Virus record (IMG/VR): IMGVR_UViG_3300029288_000071
Coordinates: 1 to 64,000 of that record
DNA length: 64,000 bases
Direction: 5' to 3' (one strand)
DNA from: a virus
Taxonomy: Duplodnaviria > Caudoviricetes
Positions 57,937 to 64,000 of the stretch are shown here, piece by piece (the stretch's first letter is position 1; the number at the start of each line of letters is the position of its first letter). The notes under the pieces were generated by a model. That model was not told the origin of the DNA and did no database searches. It saw only the letters and a program-made list of their open reading frames with translations. Both the position numbers and the translations under genes were made by a program.

Positions 57937-58145
57937 GTTATGTTTCTTTCTTCATACAATTACAAGGTGAAAATCTTTTACATTTACAATTTTCGCAACT
58001 ATAAGTTGGAAATTTCCCTTTTTCAACTCTATTTCTGAGTCTCTTAAGGCCTTTATAATCTTTTTTTACTGCTACTATTCCCATCCAAACTGGATTTGTT
58101 TGATTTTCTTCCATATTCTTCCTGTTAATAAATATCTTTTAATTT

Positions 58146-58402
58146 AACCAAGTGTACCCTAGATTCTGTTTTATTCTATCATCTGTCTTGTGGCCGCTAC
58201 CCGTATTATTTGCTTAAGAAAAGTGCCAAGCTAATACTGTTTGCGTTGCATACATGCTAAGTAGTATAAGCGAGTCTAGCATTCTCGGGTTAACTGCCCC
58301 AGCGCTATAAGTCAAGACTCTCCTACCCTTTCCTTTATATGTCTAGAGGTTCCTCTCATCTTTCTGAACTAGTCGAAAGGTAGAGCGATAGATCCTTCAG
58401 TT
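58146..58402 (-). ncRNA. rnpB: RNase P RNA, compact, with type A-like catalytic domain
   Basis: GAGGAACCUCUAGAC and ACAGAAUCUAGGGUA form P4 with a bulged U; P2, P3, P5, P6 and P15-P17 can be drawn; L15 GGU; AGACAGAUGAU. Confidence 0.8.
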
Positions 58403-58720
58403 AAAAGTATTTTTTATAATTTCGTCTGCTTCAGATTCAGGAAAACCAGCTTCATTAATCAAAATATTTCTTAATCGAGATTTATAATCTTCAATAGCTT
58501 TCTTTAAAGTTGATCTAAGTATTTTATTGATTTCTTTAAGTTTTTCAAAATCGTCTTTAAGTTTTTCTGATTCTTTGTCTTTAATAGGTTGAAATAAATC
58601 ATTCCAGTCTTTTTCGGCGGTATCATCATAGGGTTTTTCAATTCCTTTAACCCATTTATACCATTTATTTTTATCATCTCCATAATGGGGAATTTCCCAA
58701 TAATTTGTTGGTTTAGCCAT
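58397..58720 (-). CDS. Hypothetical protein
   Basis: AAGGAG SD. Confidence 0.6.
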   Translation of the reverse strand: MAKPTNYWEIPHYGDDKNKWYKWVKGIEKPYDDTAEKDWNDLFQPIKDKESEKLKDDFEKLKEINKILRSTLKKAIEDYKSRLRNILINEAGFPESEADEIIKNTFN

Positions 58721-59088
58721 TATTTCTCCTTTTCAAATACATAAAAGCTTTTTGTCAATGGAAAATTTTCAAATCTTCTAAAAGTAAGTGAATATCTTCC
58801 TACTAATTTAAGTTTTTCTCCTGTTTCTTCCATTAAGCTACCAACACCATAAGTGATGAACTTTCTTGATTCTAAATTTTTATTATAATTCTTTTGACTT
58901 ATATACTTTGTTGTGTCTTTTTCTGCTATTGCTATTAAATATAACTGAACATCTTTTTTTAATAAGTCGTCATGAATTACTTCTATATCAAGAATTTTTG
59001 CACTTTTTGGCATTTTTATGATTTGTACATGATCTATTGCAAAAGGAAATTTCATTAAATATTTTGACATTTTATTCATTCTGAGCAT
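58720..59088 (-). CDS. Hypothetical protein
   Basis: MPK.AKIL...R.F..YG.G...HVFE-type pattern. Confidence 0.6.
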   Translation of the reverse strand: MLRMNKMSKYLMKFPFAIDHVQIIKMPKSAKILDIEVIHDDLLKKDVQLYLIAIAEKDTTKYISQKNYNKNLESRKFITYGVGSLMEETGEKLKLVGRYSLTFRRFENFPLTKSFYVFEKEK

Positions 59089-59731
59089 TTAACCATTCTT
59101 GGGTAGGTTCTTCTTTTAATTGAAAATGAATGAGGCACAATTGATTTCTACCTTGAAATTTAGTAGGATCACCTGTTATTTTTTCAAGCCAAATATTTAA
59201 TGAATAATTATCTGAAAGATACCAAGTAACTTTTCTTCCTTTTCCTTTTTCAGCTAAAGTATAAACTGAATTTGGATTAGTATATGTTAGCCAAACAAGA
59301 GCTTGATGAGTAAAATCTCCTGTAGTTCCTATAGTATCAACTTTATGTTGAGTTAAAGTATCTCCAATAGCTACATAATTTTCTTTAGTTATGATCCATA
59401 AAGTAGAATCAGCAGTTTTGACAAGAATTCTGAATAATGCTTGTCTTTTGTCTCCTCTTCCTACAATAGTATCTACTTGAAAATCTATATGTGATACAGT
59501 ATCAGTACTAGTTGGATATATTATAGGTTTGTAAAGCCATAAAACTCTTCTATTCATATACATGTTAATAACTGTATCTTTGAGATTGTTTTCTCTTACA
59601 AATAGATAAGTTAAATTAGCTTTTTGTTGTGTCCATTCCCATCTATTGTTATTGGGAATTTTTATAAATTGACTTTGAACTATAGTAGAAAATACTATAA
59701 TTAAAGAGACTAAAAGCAATAATTTGCGCAT
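59072..59731 (-). CDS. Secreted hypothetical protein
   Basis: Start moved to the MRKLLLLVS signal peptide. Confidence 0.65.
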   Translation of the reverse strand: MRKLLLLVSLIIVFSTIVQSQFIKIPNNNRWEWTQQKANLTYLFVRENNLKDTVINMYMNRRVLWLYKPIIYPTSTDTVSHIDFQVDTIVGRGDKRQALFRILVKTADSTLWIITKENYVAIGDTLTQHKVDTIGTTGDFTHQALVWLTYTNPNSVYTLAEKGKGRKVTWYLSDNYSLNIWLEKITGDPTKFQGRNQLCLIHFQLKEEPTQEWLNAQNE

Positions 59732-60013
59732 AATACATCCTTTCATAAAATTGAAAAATAAATCAGCAGAACCAAACAAAATTATAACAATAAAGAGTTT
59801 TATCTAAATAAGTTTTAACGTCAGGCAATCTTGCGACGCCCTAATAACAATTAAGTATTTAGTTGTAACTGCATGAGCTTTGATTTTTTCATTTTCATCA
59901 ATCTCTATCTATATCTTATGCACGGACGATAAATTAGCCAAAGGCTAAATGCTCAGTATTTATTATAAAATTGCCGATCCTGCTGATCAGGCACTGAGGA
60001 GTTTGAGTCCCTC

Positions 60014-60487
60014 TTATAACCATTCATCAGGAATTGTTACATTCTTTTTAGCATTATAGCTATCAATAAGATCTTGAAGTTCAGCTATTCTTTTTGTGGC
60101 TTCTTTTTCAAATTGATCAACAGCTTCTTGTTTAAGAAATGCTTCATATTCTTCTTTGATTATTTCAGTTCTTGAATATGGATCTCTTTGAAGAAAGTCT
60201 CCATCTCTTGTTGGAAGGGTTTTAACTTGAGCTAAAAGCCCTCTTGCTTCTTGCATTTCATAAATCTGTGCAATGATATCAAAATTTGCTTGAGAAATTA
60301 AGGTTTTTGCTTTTGCAATTCTGCTCACAACATCTTTAATGTTAGCAAAAACTTCTCCTCTATCAACTTTTGAAGTTGAAGTTTTCAATCTTGAATTTTC
60401 TCTATGCAAAATTGCAATTAGAGTTTTGTATTCATTTGTGAATCGTGATTTAATCTTTAACAATCTTGCTAATGATACTTCTGCCAT
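60014..60487 (-). CDS. DIP1984-like coiled-coil protein
   Basis: SLARLLK.K...K..I..AN...I.ELQD.ID.YNA. Confidence 0.55.
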   Translation of the reverse strand: MAEVSLARLLKIKSRFTNEYKTLIAILHRENSRLKTSTSKVDRGEVFANIKDVVSRIAKAKTLISQANFDIIAQIYEMQEARGLLAQVKTLPTRDGDFLQRDPYSRTEIIKEEYEAFLKQEAVDQFEKEATKRIAELQDLIDSYNAKKNVTIPDEWL

Positions 60488-60500
60488 AAGGCCTCCAATT

Positions 60501-60758
60501 TTATTCTATACATTCTTGAAATGATTTTAAGTTTTGTGTTTTCATATCATCGTCTTTTATTTGTCGATGTTCATTAGATTGATTAAGTAATTCAATAAGA
60601 TTTTCTAATAGCTTTTTATAAAGCTCTCTAGTTGGATCATTACCTGGAGTATGTAAAAATTGATAGAGATAATTTGCATAAGCATAAGCATTATCACCTC
60701 TAATGAATATGCCTGTCCAATCATCTTTAAATTTCATAGGACCTGTTTCAGCTCTCAT
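60501..60758 (-). CDS. Hypothetical protein
   Basis: R.ETGP..F.DDW.G.FIRGDNA. Confidence 0.65.
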   Translation of the reverse strand: MRAETGPMKFKDDWTGIFIRGDNAYAYANYLYQFLHTPGNDPTRELYKKLLENLIELLNQSNEHRQIKDDDMKTQNLKSFQECIE

Positions 60759-60766
60759 ATTTTTCT

Positions 60767-61300
60767 CTAATTTTTCTTTTCTTTATATCTACAAATATGA
60801 TCAGCAGCATAACTTGCAGCTGGTGAATCTGGTTTTACATTACATTCAAAACCCATTGCATTAACATAACCTACTGCTTCAGCTAAGTATTTGTTTGATT
60901 CCCATTCTTTTTTCTTATTAAAATCTAATTGAGGATCTATTTTCTTAACATTTGAAATGTTTTCTATTCCTGCAGCTTTAAGTAATTGAGTAATTTCTAC
61001 TAGTCTATAAGCTTCAGTCATAAGTCTCCCATGAGTACCACCACCATACATTGTTACTTTTTCTTTTTTACTTCTTCTATAAACAATATGAGCTCCATGA
61101 CTTACTCCATCTATCCATTTCCACAAACAAATTACTTCACTAAAAACTGCTTTACCCCTGAATAAACCATGAGGAATACTATCAACTCCAATCATTATAA
61201 TGAATTTTGCACTTGCATTTTGGCTCAAATATGCTTTAATATATTCTCTAACATCAGCAATTTTTGTGCCGTCCCATTTCCGAAACTCATCATAAATCAT
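60767..61300 (-). CDS. RNase H-like YkuK (DUF458) family protein
   Basis: IGVDS, RL..E, D.N, KPDS.AASYAAD. Confidence 0.8.
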   Translation of the reverse strand: MIYDEFRKWDGTKIADVREYIKAYLSQNASAKFIIMIGVDSIPHGLFRGKAVFSEVICLWKWIDGVSHGAHIVYRRSKKEKVTMYGGGTHGRLMTEAYRLVEITQLLKAAGIENISNVKKIDPQLDFNKKKEWESNKYLAEAVGYVNAMGFECNVKPDSPAASYAADHICRYKEKKN

Positions 61301-61313
61301 TGTCTTCCTTAAT

Positions 61314-61565
61314 TTAATTGTTGTTTGATTTTATTCTGACTTCATAAAATGAAGATTTTGTATGTTGTAATTTTTTTAAAGCTTGTTCTCTACTTTTTTC
61401 TGTTTGATAAGAGCTATGTTTATGCCATTCATTATCTCTTTTAGACCAACACCATTTTCTTATCCATTTACATTCAATAATAAATGGTTTTTTAATTTTT
61501 TTCTTTTTAGTTGGTTCTAATATTTCTTTTTCTTGAAGATTCTTTTTTTTCAATATGGGTTGCAT
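61314..61565 (-). CDS. Hypothetical protein
   Basis: ORF track. Confidence 0.55.
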   Translation of the reverse strand: MQPILKKKNLQEKEILEPTKKKKIKKPFIIECKWIRKWCWSKRDNEWHKHSSYQTEKSREQALKKLQHTKSSFYEVRIKSNNN

Positions 61566-61573
61566 AATATAAT

Positions 61574-61933
61574 TTAATCTTTATCAGATAAATGTAAACC
61601 TTTTGCTTGAAAAATTTCAAAAGGAATATTAAAATCTTCACAAACTAATCTAATTCTTTCAATGCCAATAGGATTCCAAGAAATACAATATACTTTTTGA
61701 GGTAATTCATTCTTAAGTATTATATATCTTTGTAGCAAAATTGAACCATCAGATTCTATTGAACCTAAATCATGATCTAAGTATATGATTGAATATGAAT
61801 TTTTCTTTATAAGTGAGATAGCTTCTTCAAATGAAGTAGCTATATGCATTGTAGATGAGTCAAGTCCATACCATTCAGGTTTTTTATTATCATCAACAAA
61901 TAAAATATTACTCAAGTTGTTTAATCTCTTCAA
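61574..61933 (-). CDS. Cyclic-phosphate-processing receiver-like domain protein
   Basis: LFVDD, YLDHDLG....G, S.NP.G..RI. Confidence 0.75.
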   Translation of the reverse strand: MKRLNNLSNILFVDDNKKPEWYGLDSSTMHIATSFEEAISLIKKNSYSIIYLDHDLGSIESDGSILLQRYIILKNELPQKVYCISWNPIGIERIRLVCEDFNIPFEIFQAKGLHLSDKD

Positions 61934-62162
61934 TAGGTTTTATGTCTTCAAAAATTGCTAATTTAATTTCTTGTGCGAAAATCCACGTATTTGGTTGGTC
62001 ATTTTGTTTTAGAATAACTTCACAATCTAGAAATTTTTTATAGAAATTAATTCCTGATTTTATTCTTTCTTCAGTACCTTCTATAGGAACTTTAGCAATT
62101 AGCAGAAAACGTCTATCGTCTATAGAAGCAGTTTCAAATATTGGGAAATATTGTATTTTCAT
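61908..62162 (-). CDS. Hypothetical protein
   Basis: Start moved to MKIQYF (the predicted start lies inside a tRNA). Confidence 0.55.
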   Translation of the reverse strand: MKIQYFPIFETASIDDRRFLLIAKVPIEGTEERIKSGINFYKKFLDCEVILKQNDQPNTWIFAQEIKLAIFEDIKPIEEIKQLE

Positions 62163-62164
62163 AG

Positions 62165-62251
62165 TAGCCCAGGAGGGACTTGAACCCTCACGCCCTCTAA
62201 CGAGCATCAGATTTTAAGTCTGATATGTTCTTCCAATTTCATCACTGGGCC
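62165..62251 (-). tRNA. tRNA-Leu(TAA)
   Basis: TCAGA-CTTAAAA-TCTGA; long variable arm. Confidence 0.9.
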
Positions 62252-62259
62252 ATTTACAG

Positions 62260-62344
62260 CGGAAGATATGCGAGTTGAACGCATTCTCGATTTCCCGAGG
62301 CCTTGGTTTAGCAAACCAGCCGATTACCGTTATCGTCATCTTCC
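62260..62344 (-). tRNA. tRNA-Ser(GCT)
   Basis: TGGT-TTGCTAA-ACCA; long variable arm; G73. Confidence 0.85.
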
Positions 62345-62484
62345 ATTGCCTTGTTCAAAGTACAAGGCTAAACTTGGAAAGTAGACTGAACTATAAAGCA
62401 AGTTCTGTCCCCGCCGCCACTTGATTTTTAAGAAAATCAAGAAAAAGACTATAAGTCAGTCTCTACAAAGAGAAGACTGGGGAT

Positions 62485-63675
62485 TTATTTTACTTTATAA
62501 AGTAACATTGTTCCACGAACAAGAATTCTGTTCAAAGATGTTGACTTAATAAATATCCTGTAATTCATATGATTTCCAGGTTTTACTTTGCATACTGTAG
62601 TCGAAGGCATCTGTAGAACTTGTCTTGCTTGATCACCACCATAAATCTTTCCATTTGATTTGTCCATGATCAAAATTTCTTTGTAATCTTGAACTTTTTC
62701 AGGCTTTGTTAGTTCATAAAAACCATTGCCTTTTACAAAATTCAAACCTTCTGATTCTACAAAATCTTTGATAGAACATTCTTTCATGACTTGTAATTTC
62801 TTGAATTGATTATTCATGACATCTAAATTAGCTTGAATAGCTGATTTAGATACTTTTGACATATCAGTTGTGAAGAAAGATTTTGTAGATGTTTGACCCA
62901 AACTTCTTGCATGGAAATAACTAGAAGTTCCAATATTAGCAGCAACTGATAAATTTTGGATTCCTATTTTTGTTTGATCCCATTCAGTAATATTTCCAGC
63001 TGGTACTCCAAAAAAAGATTGAATATAATGAGAATCACCTCTAGGAACACTAAATACAAAACTCCATCTATCAGTTCCTTGTTTATCTCTGATTTTCTTT
63101 GCAATATTTGCTGCATTACTGATTCGTGAACTGTTTTCTTGTCCATCAGTTATTGTGATGAGAAGAAAACTTATATCTTCTGTATTATGTGAAGCTTGAT
63201 GATCTAATTCTATAAGTGCAGTATCTACTGCATCAATTAAAGCTGTACCACCATTTGGTTCATAATCATTAGCTTTAATTGGGTGTATCATTCTTGATTC
63301 TATATCTTTACAGATCCACTCAAAACCAGTAGAAAATTTTCCGATTGAAATGAATGTTTGCTGGTTGAGTTTGTATGCTTCATTTCTAATTGTGTCAATT
63401 TGAGAATTTAAAACATTTATTGCATCATATCTGAGACCTTGCATTGAACCTGAAGCATCAATTAATAGAGCAATTCTATTAATTAGAGGTTTTGTTATTT
63501 GAGGTGCATTTTGTTGTGCAACTGATTGAGTAACTGTTTTTTTAGCTGGAATTCTATCTAGACAGCGTTTACAAGTTACTTTTGAATTTGTTTTTGTTAC
63601 GTTTGTTGTGTATTGCGTTTGACCACAAATGGGATAGCCATCTGAGTCAGATTTGTGCCATTTGAGTTGTGACAT
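62485..63675 (-). CDS. vWA domain protein with N-terminal Cys motif
   Basis: DASGSM, GGTALIDA, ITDGQENSS. Confidence 0.85.
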   Translation of the reverse strand: MSQLKWHKSDSDGYPICGQTQYTTNVTKTNSKVTCKRCLDRIPAKKTVTQSVAQQNAPQITKPLINRIALLIDASGSMQGLRYDAINVLNSQIDTIRNEAYKLNQQTFISIGKFSTGFEWICKDIESRMIHPIKANDYEPNGGTALIDAVDTALIELDHQASHNTEDISFLLITITDGQENSSRISNAANIAKKIRDKQGTDRWSFVFSVPRGDSHYIQSFFGVPAGNITEWDQTKIGIQNLSVAANIGTSSYFHARSLGQTSTKSFFTTDMSKVSKSAIQANLDVMNNQFKKLQVMKECSIKDFVESEGLNFVKGNGFYELTKPEKVQDYKEILIMDKSNGKIYGGDQARQVLQMPSTTVCKVKPGNHMNYRIFIKSTSLNRILVRGTMLLYKVK

Positions 63676-63729
63676 AAGAGGAGCCCTTCTATTAGTTATT
63701 AGTTACTATTTAATTAATTATGTTTAAAG

Positions 63730-63817
63730 TAGCCTACCAGGGACTTGAACCCTGAATTGTTTCTGTGTATGCCATAGCTTTTGAGGCTATCGTCTTTGCC
63801 AGTTTGACTAGTAGGCC
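63730..63817 (-). tRNA. tRNA-Leu(CAA)
   Basis: ATAGC-CTCAAAA-GCTAT; GGTTCAAGTCC. Confidence 0.85.
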
Positions 63818-63828
63818 ATTATTTTTTG

Positions 63829-63901
63829 GGTGAAAGACGGGAGTCGAACCCGCTAGCAATTGGTTCACAGCCAACCCTCGCACCGTTTGAGTTCAATCAC
63901 C
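63829..63901 (-). tRNA. tRNA-His(GTG)
   Basis: TTGG-CTGTGAA-CCAA; G-1:C73. Confidence 0.85.
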
Positions 63902-64000
63902 ATGTGTATCATAACCTATTTTTTGCATTAATATTGCAATTTCAGTTTTATAATTTTTTGAACGAACAATTAAAGAATAATATTTAGCAATATATTGACT

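Noticed and set aside
13088-62043. Short plus-strand ORFs in the accessory region (except 56539..57168)
   Set aside because: Antisense to coherent minus-strand genes; no SD or recognisable motifs.

Overview
AT-rich segment of a large T4-like (gp23-type capsid) myovirus, probably a jumbo phage, using the standard genetic code. 1-13 kb is structural: minus-strand tail-fibre/adhesin and neck/tail-completion genes, then a divergent plus-strand scaffold and major capsid pair. 13-64 kb is a minus-strand accessory region of ~100 mostly small genes driven by about 16 copies of a TTTACT-N17-TA(A/G)ATT early promoter. Recognisable genes: DUF932, SPFH, MoxR-like AAA ATPase, DUF2201/vWA metallopeptidase, radical SAM, RmlC, OmpA-like, NAD-dependent ligase, RtcB, a PRPS-like plus broken Nampt-like pair (NARP1-type), an ATP-ligase-like nucleotidyltransferase, YkuK, vWA and six tRNAs. 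A T9SS-type sorting-domain protein, together with strong SD use and sigma70-like promoters, suggests a non-Bacteroidia FCB host such as Ignavibacteriota (inference). Best leads: (1) a compact phage RNase P RNA with a compensated P4 and a reduced S-domain; (2) four proteins sharing an N-terminal MKxRxGF(V/I)SNSSxxSF leader, three of them beside a radical SAM enzyme; (3) a terminal [IV]xx[LI][ML]x[KRN][MIL]GY tag on about 11 unrelated small proteins; (4) a phage-encoded T9SS cargo protein; (5) a four-copy covarying structured element. All calls come from manual reading; no database searches were run.
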